A stretch of 63,985 nt of DNA, counting the filler, from Lenisia limosa (Eukaryota; Protista; Breviatea): the NCBI GenBank assembly GCA_001655205.1. It is 15 parts of 15 records of this genome, joined end to end, with 100 filler letters (N's around TTAATTAATTAA, not from the genome) between each part and the next. Parts side by side here need not be neighbours in the genome. Positions count along the whole stretch, not along the records: positions 45,930 to 53,830 come from LPNZ01006593.1; positions 53,931 to 56,413 come from LPNZ01007529.1; positions 56,514 to 59,277 come from LPNZ01001570.1; positions 59,378 to 60,655 come from LPNZ01007030.1; positions 60,756 to 62,632 come from LPNZ01000071.1; positions 62,733 to 63,985 come from LPNZ01004776.1; 9 more parts are not named here. One strand, 5' to 3'. The notes under the pieces were generated by a model, which was given only the letters and a program-made list of their open reading frames with translations, searched no databases and was not told where the DNA came from. This document shows, one piece after another, positions 51,385 to 63,985 of the stretch; positions within the stretch are counted from its first letter, which is position 1, and every line of letters starts with the position of its first letter. The position numbers and the translations under genes are program-made.

Positions 51385-53400
51385 AGTCCAAGGGGAAGCT
51401 TCCAGCCGGGGGATTGAGGAGACGAAAGTGGTCTCAATTTCTGTTATTGCAAGGTGGCTGATGCGATTGCTTCCCGCGCGATTCTGGCCTAAATCGTGAA
51501 ATTTGTTATCCAAATGAAAATAAAAAACCATAAGCTTCCAAAACCAACCTTTCATATTGAAGTACGTCTTGAGATTCGTGTAGAGATTTTTCTCTAAATC
51601 GGTAGAATTGAACTTTATCAGCTGTTGCACCTTGTCAGCATTGAATTTGACTCGTGTTAGAGGGTCGACAACAAAGTACATATGAGCCCAGTATATTTTG
51701 GCAATGGATGCGTGTGCTATCAGAGCGGTTTCTTCGTCATTCTAAAAAGGAGTGATGATCATTATAGTATTTTATGTTAACTAGCAAATGATTGGATGGA
51801 TTAATAATATTTTATATCACTACATTTTATAATACTAAATATTGGTAAACCATTTCACATGAATTAGTTTTCAGTTACCCAATATCAGCGAGGCTAACCT
51901 TGGAGTAAATCAGTAAAGCGGCCTGTTGTACACATTCCTGGATCAAGGAGTACTCTGAAGCAAACGGATATTTCTGGGGGGTCACATGATTCTTCATCCA
52001 AATTCAAATTTATTTCATAAAGAAAATGAATTCAATTACAAGTAGCCCGGTACAAATTGTTAGTGTGGATTTTTAAGATGATGAAATGAAGGATTTTTTT
52101 TCACAAAAATATTTGATACAAAGCTCCGTGTATTTAACATAAAGAAGTAAACTGAGCCTACATAAAGGCATTGCCTGATGGTTTCAGAAGGAATCATGGA
52201 TAAATATGATAAACTGCCCCATCCGTCGTTGAAAATAATCCTAAGAAAAATCAGAAACTGTAATAATCCAAAATGAAGAGGACACAATCACATTGATCAT
52301 TGAAAAGTATCCTTGGAAAATCAGAAATAGATTAATAGTGTAATCCAAAGTAATAAGACTTCAGAATCATATTGATAACAAATAGACAAGCATACGTTTT
52401 GGTCACATTGGAGAACTGCATTAAATATGCAGTATTGACCCATTGGTCACTACTTGCCTGAAGGATGAGATTGTACAATTATACAGCGTTATTTTGCTCT
52501 CAAATTTACAGATTATTTCATTATATAGAAACCAGCTACAAGGATATATGACAATCACCCCCTCACTGATATATAATTCTGCCAGGTGAATGCAAAATTG
52601 TCACTCAAAACTTTGTTGTGATAGCGAAGATCCTGTGATGTGAGTTTCAAAAAACAGGAAATATATTAATTTGGGAGAGCAAGATTTGTAAACAAATGTA
52701 AAATAATGGTATAAACAATTGCGGCATAATAAGGATGAATGAAAACGTATTTGTGAATGAAAAACGTTTTTATAAATGTGTCTAAAAATGTAATAAAAAA
52801 AACAGGGCATGGAAAAAATGACAAACAGCAGACCATTTCAAGGCTTGTATCGTGGTAATCTGGTGAGACCCATATATCGAAATGAATAGATTGCTCGCGG
52901 ACCAGATCTCCTTTCAATGATGAACACATTGTGGAGTTAACTGCGCTTTTAAGTTGTTTGAAATTAAGCCGAAAATTTGATTCCTTATTAATTACATGTT
53001 GTGCTGGCTGAAGCCGTCCACATCATCACGCTGATAAGAGATACTGGATTAGTTTATAATATTAATTCATCCTATTATTTGTGTTGCGACTCGGTGTACA
53101 CTGCTTTCGTAAACAAGGAGGTAATGTATCCACTGCACAAATTGACTTCCACAATAACATTCGTCACTGTAAACGTATATTGGGGATTTCAGTGGCACGA
53201 CAATGAGCGTAACAATATCATGACAAGTGTATATCCCCCTCACCATAACATTTCTTCGGAAGGCTAATGAGAAATACGTGTTGGGAAGATACGCCCTTCT
53301 GCTGAACACTTGCGTAGGTGTCTCTAATGGCCATTCGAACATGGAGCTCCTCGGCCGCTGATGTGATTCCTGAACCAGTGAAAGCCGGATAGATCATGAG
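51385..53400 (-). CDS. GT31-like glycosyltransferase, copy 2, multi-exon
   Basis: GITSAAEELHVRMAIRDTY, HVFLI, LVREQSIHFDIWVSPDYHD, CLYVG and KYPFASEY. Confidence 0.45.
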
Positions 53401-54029
53401 ATCAGGTAATAAAATATCGGTGTCATTTTGTTGTGTGTAACCGTCAGATTGCTATCTCTTCTATCCTAGGTTCAAAGACTGCAAAAATGGAAGTTCAAAT
53501 AAGCTGGTGAAATTCTAGACTAATTCACAATATACCCAGAATTCTATTTTGAATTAATGTAAGCTGAACCACATACCCAATAGAAAGTCAGTGTTTGTAT
53601 TTGCCGAGGCTTTATTAGTTGCAGCAAGTTGGGAATGCCCTAAATAGTTACTCAGGTGTATGATAGGTGGGAGAGACTAGGACCCATACACTCTGTTGAA
53701 GTATTAATATTTATCTAGACTTGAGTTCCCTTTTTCCCCTCCCCACAAAGATATCTGTCCCACTTCTCAATAACTCCAACCCTACAATCAACAAATCAAA
53801 ATCCCCCACAATGATGCCTGTCCTCGTGCCNNNNNNNNNNNNNNNNNNNNNNNNNNNNNNNNNNNNNNNNNNNNTTAATTAATTAANNNNNNNNNNNNNN
53901 NNNNNNNNNNNNNNNNNNNNNNNNNNNNNNGGGGGGGGGGGGGTCCTTCTTGTTTTTCTTCTTGTTGTTCTTGTTATTGATTGTTGTTCTTCTTCGTCGT
54001 CTTCTTTTGGGATCTTTAACCAGGCGTAG

Positions 54030-55955
54030 ATCCATGACATTTACGCCAAGTTCAAGGACACCATCACACCCCAGCAACTTCTCAAGTGAGCATGGGCAGA
54101 CAAGGATTTCAAGTTCTACCTAGGGCTTCACTTCGGTTCGAAAAAAGACTGGATTGCGTGATTAATCCTCGAAAACTATCGATATTCAACCATCCGTTTT
54201 CGAACCGAAGTGAAGCCCAAGCTCTACTCCTCCCAATTTACGTTTATTTCTCATCAATTTTCACTTTTCTCATTTTACTCCCCCCCCCCCCCAGNNNNNN
54301 NNNNNNNNNNNNNNNNNNNNNNNNNNNNNNNNNNNNNNNNNNNNNNNNNNNNNNNNNNNNNNNNNNNNNNNNNNNNNNNNNNNNNNNNNNNNNNNNNNNN
54401 NNNNNNNNNNNNNNNNNNNNNNNNNNNNNNNNNNNNNNNNNNNNNNNNNNNNNNNNNNNNNNNNNNNNNNNNNNNNNNNNNNNNNNNNNACCGAGAAATA
54501 ATATCTTAGAAATCTAGAATAAATAATACATAGGGATACCATAAACAAATTACCATGCCTCTGCCCACGCTCCTCGGCGTCCTCCGATTGTTTTATAACG
54601 TACCGAGTGTGATTGATTACTGCTCACACCTCCTCCAGACGAGAGAGATTTCTTCAAGGCTGACCTTTCTTGTGCCACCTTCCAAATGCTGCTCCTCGGC
54701 CCCGAAATGGTTGGAACCTTCCAAATATGGCAATTCCCAACTTTTAAATATGGCAGTTCTAATCTCTTCAGTCACGTGACACTGGAGGAGTTCCCGACCC
54801 CCGTGTGCCCTTCATTCCCGACGCCTGGCAGAGGAACCTCCTCGATTGTGTCGACAGTGGAAGATCCGCACTTGTTGTTGCCCCCACTTCTTCCGGAAAG
54901 ACCTTCATTTCTTACTATGGTATGCTTTAATGTGGCTGGTTAGGGTGAGGTAGGGCATGATGTGGATGTTGTATTGGGTGCGTACATTGAGCTAAAAGGC
55001 AGATGAGGAAATATCAAGACCATATCAAGTTGCATCGTTTCCCCACAGCATCGTTTTCCCCACATCATGTGGAACATTCCCGTTTCCCTTCCCTGACTCC
55101 TTTAGCCATGGAAAAGGTCATCCGTAACTCTCCCAATGACGTGCTTGTCTTTGTTGCCCCCACTAAGGTCGGAATTTGGTTTCATTGTTGCAAATGTTTT
55201 GGGATAGCTTCTTCTTCTTTTTTTTTTGTATCAAATGAAACAATCCTTTTCTATGACCCACAACACCCTTTGTGTTACCTTTGTTGTCCGTGTACCAAGG
55301 CGGCTCCATACTGTTGCTTTTTATTATTTTATTTTATTTTTCTCACAAAACTGTCGAATTGCTCTACTCCGTCTCTAATCCGCATAGGCCCTCATCAATC
55401 AAGTTTCTGCTGAAGTTTACGCTCGCTTCGGAGGAACTGTGTACAAAAATTGCCCGGGACGCACCCGTAAGAGGGGGGGTAAGGTAATAATACCCTGTAT
55501 TGTTTTATTTGCCCAACTTTCTGACTGTTTAGTGTTCGGCGTGCTGACGCAGGAGTACTCCTATGACACTGGAAACTGTCAGATCCTCATCACTGTGCCC
55601 GAATGCCTCGAAACCATTTTCATGTCCCCCCCTAGCAACGGTGAGGGAGGGACAAGAAAGTATATGCACCATAAATGTACATAGGGAGGGGGGTGGCATC
55701 CCTCACATTTTACTGAGTACAATTGTACTCTATAGTTTGGTTGTTTGTGGTGATGTGAATTTTTGTACACATGTACTATGTGCAAAAAAATCTTCTCCAT
55801 CCTCATACCCCCCCCCCCCNNNNNNNNNNNNNNNNNNNNNNNNNNNNNNNNNNNNNNNNNNNNNNNNNNNNNNNNNNNNNNNNNNNNNNNNNNNNNNNNN
55901 NNNNNNNNNNNNNNNNNNGATGAAATCCACTCCATTGCTGACGCCGAAACCGGTT
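54030..55955 (+). CDS. DDX60: DDX60-like Ski2-family DExD/H helicase (fragment)
   Basis: [42 protein letters not shown]|[14 protein letters not shown]|[26 protein letters not shown] and DEIH. Confidence 0.85.
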
Positions 55956-56734
55956 GGCGCAAGGGCTGCCTGTATTATCTTGTCCTTTTTAATATGGTGT
56001 ATTTTTTTTTGTTTCGCCTCACCATACGTAACTCAATTAACTTGTTTTTTCTTTCTATGTGCTTTATGTGACGGTGGTTAGACCGCAGCATTTTATTCCA
56101 GTGGTTATTGAGGTTTTGCAACTGATAACGTGTTGTTAGGTCAAAAACATTGATTTTGAAACATGTTATGTGTCTTGTATGAAAGTTTAAGAGATGGATT
56201 ATTTTATTTCTCTGTTGAAACCTATCACCTTCCTTTCTTCTTCGACTATGATAGTGTAAGGATATTGAGATCGGTATATTGAAAGCCAGGGTTGCAGTAT
56301 CAGGAGGACAACCATGTTGGACGATTGTGTATAGGGTTTAAACCCATAACACGTACCCTTCATGGAGCCCTATTGTGTATTGATTGAAGAAACATATATA
56401 GAGCCTAGTTTAGNNNNNNNNNNNNNNNNNNNNNNNNNNNNNNNNNNNNNNNNNNNNTTAATTAATTAANNNNNNNNNNNNNNNNNNNNNNNNNNNNNNN
56501 NNNNNNNNNNNNNAACATTGCCCCCTCCCCCCCCCCCGCCTTCAACCCCCATAATCTTCCAATTATACTCCCTCGCCTGGCCTTTGTTTGTTTTGTTGTT
56601 GTTATCAACCGTCGTGCATTACTAGCGAACAGAGTTGACATTGGGCTTTATTTTGTTAAGCAAGAAGATAGCAGCACACACCTGAATAGTCTTTCGCAAT
56701 AGCGTTTATACATTTCCCAATTTTACTCCACCAG

Positions 56735-58036
56735 GAAACGCAGCGTTCCATGATGACAGCCTCTATACGGCCCTTAGTGACGCAGCCGGCCCTTTGGCAA
56801 CCTGCTTGAGGGACGAGGACGAGAAGACCCGGGCTAATGCTGCTGGTGGGCGGTAAAATATAGTTTATTTCATTGGGGGGNNNNNNNNNNNNNNNNNNNN
56901 NNNNNNNNNNNNNNNNNNNNNNNNNNNNNNNNNNNNNNNNNNNNNNNNNNNNNNNNNNNNNNNNNNNNNNNNNNNNNNNNNNNNNNNNNNNNNNNNNNNN
57001 NNNNNNNNNNNNNNNNNNNNNNNNNNNNNNNNNNNNNNNNNNNNNNNGTGCCGCTTTGGCGTGGTTGAGGGCCTTGCAAGGACGTGTTTGCATGACAAGT
57101 GAGGGGTGTTTATACGAGGTTGTTTTGTGGGGGTGGGGGCGTATGCTGGGTATTATAAAGGACAAGGGCTTCTCTATGTTCCCAAAAAAAAGACTGAAAT
57201 TTCTGGGAAATCCTCGATAAATATCGATATTTTCGGACCGTAGGGAAGGACCCGTTTCAAGTGAAGGGTAATATTAATACACTTTCACATTTCTCACCCC
57301 CTCCCCCCTCAGGGTCGGCCCCGCTCGAATAGCCCTTTTTTCACTTGGCTCACTTGCCGCGTATAACTCCTCGAAAATGGTAGGACGCTGGCGCTGATGT
57401 TCTATTCTAAATAGTCTATGCTCTCAATCATCTTCAAATAAATTGCAAAAGCAAATATCATCAATATCTTCGAATTCTCAAATTTCACAAATATCTTCTC
57501 GTTCTCTAATTACAAAAAAAACATCAATATCTCCAAATTCTCAATAATTTCAAATATCCTCAGTGTCTCAAAAGTGACACTTTGACAGATCATGTCGGCG
57601 ATCAAAATCAAGGAAAGTGTGCCTAAAATCTCTGAGCTTCACCATGATACCCAAAGTGAGAGAGGAGGTATATTCTATATGGAAATAAAACAAGGTTATA
57701 TCCAGCCGAAGCCGCTCATCATCATGCTTATAAGAGATACTGTAAAACACCATAATTGTTTTTTTAGAAGGGTATGTAAGAAGAGGGGTATTAATATTTG
57801 GTATGGATTCGTACGAAATAGGGTCTTTCTCAAATGGTTCTTTTATTATCAACATGTAGTGTGGTAACTTTTTAAAAAACATAAATTTTGTATAAAAAAA
57901 AATATGAATAATTTCATTGTAAGTGGGATCCTTGACGATCCTCAACTCTTGGGGGAGGGGTGCCACGTCAATGAGTCTTAACGCTGTAGTTGATAAGTAC
58001 CTCCAGCGCCTTCTTCATAAGCTTGCCTCCGATTAA
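56735..58036 (+). CDS. STK36: Fused/STK36-family kinase, C-terminal HEAT/ARM region
   Basis: GNAAFHDDSLYTAL..CLRDEDEKTRANAA|G, ARIALFSLGSL and KYLQRLLHKLASD*. Confidence 0.72.
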
Positions 58037-59456
58037 GTTAAAGCCTTTTTGTATTTTAGAGTTACCCCGCTAAGATGATGTTTAGTATTTGTTGTTTCTA
58101 CTGTTTCCTTCTTTCTTATTGTATGATATAGCTGATCTCTCATTTTAATCAGAGATCTTTCCTTTGGTACTGTAATCTAAATCTACCCCTAACTTTACTA
58201 ACACGCCATATGTACAAATACTAACAACTTAACAATAACAATATTCCAATATTCAATATATCCATATCAGCATTTCAGCAATAGATGAAGCACTACACTG
58301 AGGCACAACCGAACTCAAATTCTTGGGTTTGCATTCCCCCAGATATTGATGCATCTAAGTTCAAAATTGAAAATCTTGAGAAAACCTCGATATCGATTTA
58401 TCTGAACCTTTAATTAATCATTAAACCATAATGTCTTGCTGCTTTGGTAAGAAGGGGTGAAGGGTGATGAGATCGGAATACTCTATGTTCTCGTCCTTTT
58501 CATATATACATTGATTTTACCAATAAAAATACGGTAAAGCGAGGTTCTGAGATGAAAATCGAGTTTTCCTACGTGTTTGTCTCATATCCGAGCATGATTC
58601 ACTTTCCCTAGCCAACTGTAACGCCTCTTCCTGCCCCGACTTCCTCGTGGAGGCAGCCATGGCTGTATGCTGGGATGTTGGGCGTCTTAAGGGGGAACGC
58701 CTGCTCTTCCTTCCCCTTCGCACCCATTTTGCTACACTCATAATGAAATGAAAACGTTTATACTACAATCCAATATCTTTTATAAGGGTGATGGTGTGGA
58801 CGGCTTCGGCCAGATAAATCTTGTTTTGTATTTCTCATTACTAATTATATAAAAAGTATCATACATAACTACTCCCTTTACTTTACCACCAATCTCATTC
58901 ATTCAGGTCAAGCCAGCTGTGGAGGCTCGTATGAAGGAGACTTTTGAGACTTACTCTCCTAAAACCTACGTGGAGGGCAGGTGGGGCTATATTTGAAGAA
59001 AAAAAGGGGGGGCACAAAGTTGTCATACCTTGTTCTATTGTTTTCAACCCTCGTGTGTTTCGCAAATACTTAGCCAATATATAGTTGAATTGGTTTCTTT
59101 TGTTTCTTGAAATTCTCCATTTTACGCACACTGGAGTGATGGAATGAGGTGCTGCAGAAGCCACTGGCCTGTGCTTTGTTTGTTCTGTTGTTATCAACCC
59201 TCTTGCGTTGTCAGCCAGCAGAGTTGATTTGTGCTTTTTTTGTTTCATTAATTTTCCAATTGTACTCCCCCCCCCCCNNNNNNNNNNNNNNNNNNNNNNN
59301 NNNNNNNNNNNNNNNNNNNNNTTAATTAATTAANNNNNNNNNNNNNNNNNNNNNNNNNNNNNNNNNNNNNNNNNNNNTCAAACATCCCCACACACTCCCC
59401 TCAGATGGCTTTTTTTTTATTTTATAGTTTTCAATTTATCCCACTCCCCTCCTTAG

Positions 59457-60655
59457 GCAGAAATTTTGCTGAAGTCCGTAAAAAGCTTGCCCACCCCTGC
59501 AAAGTGTTGTAAACTTGCTGCGGAAATAAAAATGCTCAAAGGTGAGTTTTAACGTGATTATTTTCCTCATTTACAGCGACCGGGATAAGTCTTGACCGAT
59601 TTGCTGTGTGATTTCCCAAAGATAATCGGTCAAGACTAACCCCGGTCACTGTATAGTTCTTTATAACTACTTTCATAATATTCATTCTATTCGCAATATG
59701 ATACTATGTATTATTATCTTATATCAATATAATACATGTATGCTGGGGAGGCACGCAGAAAGCTGAGTTGTAAGGCAAATGATTGACTACAATATCTCTT
59801 ATAAGTGTGATGATGTGGACGGCTTCGGCCAGATGCAACCTTATTTATTATTTCTCATTGCTATATTATATCTTATAATACTTGTATCATATGTATGATA
59901 TATTATTTATATTTATACATAGTGCTTCCCTACGGTCCGAAAAAAACCGGTAAAATATCGATATTTATCGAGTATTTATCGAAAAATTCAGTCTTTTTCG
60001 GGACCGCAGGGAAGCCCTATTTATACACATACACTGTATGATATTGTTATACAATAATATTATTAGTATATGATGTGTATTATTGTACTATGTACATCTC
60101 TTCATATCATATCATATAATTCCTGTGTAACTCCCCCCCCTCTCCAAACTGTAACACACTCACACGCTCTATATCACCCCCTTCAGAATGGGCACTGTCC
60201 CCCTGTCAGACCTACCTGCATGGCATGGAGCCGGATATGTCCGCCTTGAGCAGCACCGTAACATCAATGAATATGTCTCCTATAGCCAGGGTGGGTTTTC
60301 TTGTTGTTTTTTGGGTCATTTTATTTTCTTGTTCTTTTTTTCTTTGTTTTTTTTGTTTTTGTCTTTTTTTGAATATGTCTCCTAATGGGGTTTTTTTATC
60401 GAACCAAGTTTCGATTTAAGCATTCACATTTTTTTCACAGTTCCAAGCAATTATAGAAAGGATGTTTTTTTTATTTTAGGGGGGGGGGGTTACAGACATT
60501 ATTACCTAGATAATTTTCTGTGTTTATAATTTTTTTTTTTACATTTTCCAATTTACCCTCCTTCCAGGACCTCTGTGTTGAGGGTCTCCTATACGAATAT
60601 CGCAACGCCATTGGACCAGTAATCGACGAGAATACCATCCACAGACTCTACGGGG
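59457..60655 (+). CDS. Hypothetical spliced protein fragment
   Basis: AG/GT-bounded exons MGTVPLSDLPAWHGAGYVRLEQHRNINEYVSYSQ and DLCVEGLLYEYRNAIGPVIDENTIHRLYG. Confidence 0.5.
59572..59653. mobile_element. MITE family B (78 bp, TA target duplication, CAG termini; Tc1/mariner-type)
   Basis: TA|cagcgaccgggataagtcttgaccgatt...aatcggtcaagactaacccggtcactg|TA. Partial copies at about 43560-43622 and 40566-40600. Confidence 0.85.
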
Positions 60656-60756
60656 NNNNNNNNNNNNNNNNNNNNNNNNNNNNNNNNNNNNNNNNNNNNT
60701 TAATTAATTAANNNNNNNNNNNNNNNNNNNNNNNNNNNNNNNNNNNNNNNNNNNNA

Positions 60757-62590
60757 CCATGGAGTCTGTAGCATGCTCCTGTTCTGACGCAGTTGCCATT
60801 CGCCGTGCCCTCAGCTCCTCCAGCTCTTCATCCAAATGAAGCTCATCTTCACCCTTTGTTGTGAGGGTATGACACAATGGAATGCAAGAAATGCAAGCCC
60901 ACCTCTTCTTCCTCATAATCGACTGTCAGCGGAGAGGTATCAAGGGGAACAGGTTGCACGTTCAGTGGACTGAGGGGTGTTGTTGCGTTAATCGCGAATT
61001 AGGAAATGTTACATTTGCCAATATGATATCATGATAGTTTCAAATCATATCCGCGCTGTTTTTTTTCCCAAAGAGTTACCTCATTGTATCCGGGTGATAA
61101 CTTGCAGCTGTTTCATCTTCGTTGAGAATTTGACTTCTCATTTCTGCCGTATACTGCTGAAATCTAATATATTAGAGAAATGTTAAAGAGAAGTGAAGGC
61201 TAAAAAAATACTTCAGTTTTCCAGATTATACCATAAGATGTACCTTTTTTGATCGAGTATTTTCTGCTGCTTCCTTTGGGCAACTTGTTTCCTTTTTAGT
61301 TGGGCTATTTTGGTTTCCTGAGAAAGTTGGGGTTTATTTGGGGTGTTAAATAATGTTAATGTTGAACCAACTCGAGTAATTTTACTTTTAATAGCAGACT
61401 CGGCAAACCTGAAGGTCGCTCAATTGTCTAGTTTCAACGTTTTCTTCCATCCAGTTGTTTGAAACTGGGGGAGGGGGCTGAAGTGGGGTCAGAAATAAAA
61501 GGTATTAAACTATCTCTATTTACTCTAGTTTTTTTTTAAAAAAAATTATCACCCCCCCCCCCGCATACGTCGGTCACAAAAGGCACTTTATTCCGTTCTA
61601 AAGAGTTAGATTCGTCTTGGTCTCAAGGAGAAGACAAATATGTAATACCGAATTTGAAATATCATGAAAATGCTCATTCAACCAGAAGTATAATGGGAAA
61701 TTCTACCTTGATAACACACCATTCTGTGCAAGAGGGGATGGAGCAGCTTGTGGTGGTGGAGACGTTGCCATGTCCCTGGATACTGGGGAACTGTGGGCAG
61801 ATTCATCTGAAAGGTTGGTGAGGTGAAATAGGTTAGCTTAATTCAGTCCAAAATACGGAAATTCTTCAAAATATAATCCCTAAGTTAGGCTATTCTAAAG
61901 CAAAATAAGTAAATAATATATGCTGCAGATGTGGGTGTTTTAACAGGATCAAGATTAATCGTGTGTTGAAATCATAAACAAAACTGATATAGCAGAAGCC
62001 ATTAACTGATAAAAAGTTACAACATTGCCCTAATCTAAACTAAACTAAGAAGGGCTATGTTGTACCCACCGCTTGACACAAAGCAAAGACTTGAACCCGT
62101 CCTAGGGGCCTTTGATGCGAGGCTGCCCTTGACCTGCGTAATAAAGGTGTCATCCTGGTCCGCAGGCTCCTTTGAGGGATCTGACACCATTGGCTTGATT
62201 TGACGGCTTCCACCACTGCCAAAGTAAACAAAGATGTAAATAGAAAGGAGTTTGGTTACAATACCAAGATTGAAGTTGAATTATTACAATTGAAAATGCA
62301 AATGAAGCCACCTGTCAAACCCAGGAGCTCACCTCATGAGTCTTGAAAGTGACCCCTCCAGAGCAGAGGATAAAAGAGGCCTTGCGGTCATCTCTGAAGC
62401 CCTTAAGCGCAAAAGAGACATATACGTAACACACAAAAATGATTTTTCATATCAAATTGCAAATGTTTAGCGATTACAATAATTATAATAAAAAACCCTG
62501 ATTCGATAATGAGCCTACCATCATCAAGCTGGAAATGAACACTATCATAGTCTTTCTTGATCTGATTAATCTGTTCATCTGAAGATTTAG
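60757..62590 (-). CDS. Hypothetical multi-exon protein with a low-complexity/coiled-coil C-terminal part
   Basis: Exons EQINQIKKDYDSVHFQLDD|, LKGFRDDRKASFILCSGGVTFKTHE|, ETKIAQLKRKQVAQRKQQKILDQK|RFQQYTAEMRSQ and DEELEELRARRM. Confidence 0.55.
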
Positions 62591-63985
62591 TAAAACACGG
62601 AATAAAGCAGAAGTAAGATCCCCCCCCCCCCCNNNNNNNNNNNNNNNNNNNNNNNNNNNNNNNNNNNNNNNNNNNNTTAATTAATTAANNNNNNNNNNNN
62701 NNNNNNNNNNNNNNNNNNNNNNNNNNNNNNNNTATATAGGGGGGGGGAGTTGTACACAACATATGATAACAGGGTGGTTATAGGGGGGGGGGCTAACATA
62801 TATTTTTATCATTTGCCTTACAACTCTGCACACACAGCTTTCTGCGTACCTTCCCACCCTACATAGTAACTTCACCCCCCTTACACATCCAGAGCCTTGA
62901 CCTGAGCAGTGTCCAGAGCTTCATGACGCTGCTGAAGGAATGCTCGATCCGCAGCTAGAGTCTCTAGGCGCATTAGATGATGACAATGGTGGTGGTGGTG
63001 GTGATGATGATAATAATGGTGATGGTGATGATGATGATGATTATGATGATGGTGATGATGATGGTGGTGGTGATGGTGATGATGATGGTGGATGTGATGA
63101 TTATGATGATGGCGTAATACCCCACCTTCTATGAACAAAATTGTAAAAAGGTGAATTTTTGCAAATACAAAACTATTTACCCCCCCCCCCCNNNNNNNNN
63201 NNNNNNNNNNNNNNNNNNNNNNNNNNNNNNNNNNNNNNNNNNNNNNNNNNNNNNNNNNNNNNNNNNNNNNNNNNNNNNNNNNNNNNNNNNNNNNNNNNNN
63301 NNTTACCATTCGCTCCTCTAAAGATGACACCTGTGCAAGCCTGGGTGAATTAGTTGGTTGTTGATGGTGATAGTGGTGATGATGGTGGTGATGTTGATGA
63401 TTATTATGTTTTTGTTTTTGTTGTTGTTGATGATGGTACAGAGAATAGGTATATGAGGAAAAGAGGAGAGTCACCTGGGAAGGGGCAAGCTGCAGATATG
63501 GATATTATGAAAATCTCCAGATCTCCAAAAGATCTCTTTGCTATTTAGTAATTCGCTACTAGGGTATAATGGGTATTTTCGTTAAATGATCCGAAAGATC
63601 TCCGAAAAACAATATCAACATATCGAGATCTGAGGTCACAAAGAAAGGGTGAAACCTGCCCACCAAAGATTGTGTTTTTCTTCAAGCTCCGCCTCGAGCT
63701 TCTCAACAGTTTCCCACAAAACCTACAAATTAATTCGCTAAAAGCCCCAAAAGACAGGGTATTCACATGGGGACAAGGGCTTCACTTTAGTTCGAAAAAA
63801 GACTGAATATCTCCGAAAACTATCTTTAAAAATGGTCCACCCACAGGTAATCCCTTGAACTTGCCATCGGCTGATGTTCCTCCGACAACTACCGTATTAG
63901 GAATGTTGCCACTTTGGGAAGTTTGTTCCTAAATTGGTAAGTAAACCTTCCTAAATAGCATTGAAACAAGCTTTCCATTAAATTC

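Noticed and set aside
41698-56413. Apparent cluster of RNA/transcription genes (SPT5, dynein, tRNA, DDX60)
   Set aside because: The genes lie on different scaffolds joined by artificial spacers.
57568-57966. 132-aa antisense ORF within the last STK36 intron
   Set aside because: No recognisable motif, AT-rich, and it overlaps the STK36 final acceptor region.
59795-59860. Family S as an intronic box C/D snoRNA (TGATG motif)
   Set aside because: Copies occur in both orientations relative to host genes and lack a consistent CTGA box D.
61085-61110. YHPD as a J-domain motif
   Set aside because: The flanking helices do not fit a J-domain.
62881-63474. 197-aa poly-His ORF
   Set aside because: It is the reverse strand of (GAT/GGT)n tracts and spans a gap.

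Overview
This window is eukaryotic nuclear DNA from a gappy draft assembly, not one continuous locus. Fourteen artificial 100-nt spacers (N-run, TTAATTAATTAA, N-run) join 15 separate scaffolds, so adjacency across a spacer is meaningless. Intron style and protein similarities suggest a protist, probably an amoebozoan (inference). Recognisable spliced gene fragments: DDX27/Drs1, SPT5, cytoplasmic dynein heavy chain, a DDX60-like Ski2 helicase, the Fused/STK36 C-terminus, an RS-rich protein, two tandem GT31-like glycosyltransferases, an NAD-dependent epimerase, a ThiI/THUMP-like gene, and a Schlafen/AlbA_2 domain in frame with a DExH helicase. There is also a 5'-truncated tRNA-Arg(ACG). Mobile DNA is abundant: TTAA-flanked Kolobok-like elements with a KolX-like ORF, a DUF6729-like transposase, two TA-flanked MITE families, a foldback element and a SINE/Helitron-like repeat. 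The most striking observation is in scaffold 24126-39593. Its AT-rich genes have ultrashort introns of 21-28 nt. In the otherwise intact epimerase gene, two obligatory introns (and probably a third) begin GT but end CCG or TTG instead of AG. All family assignments are from motif recognition by eye; no database searches were run.
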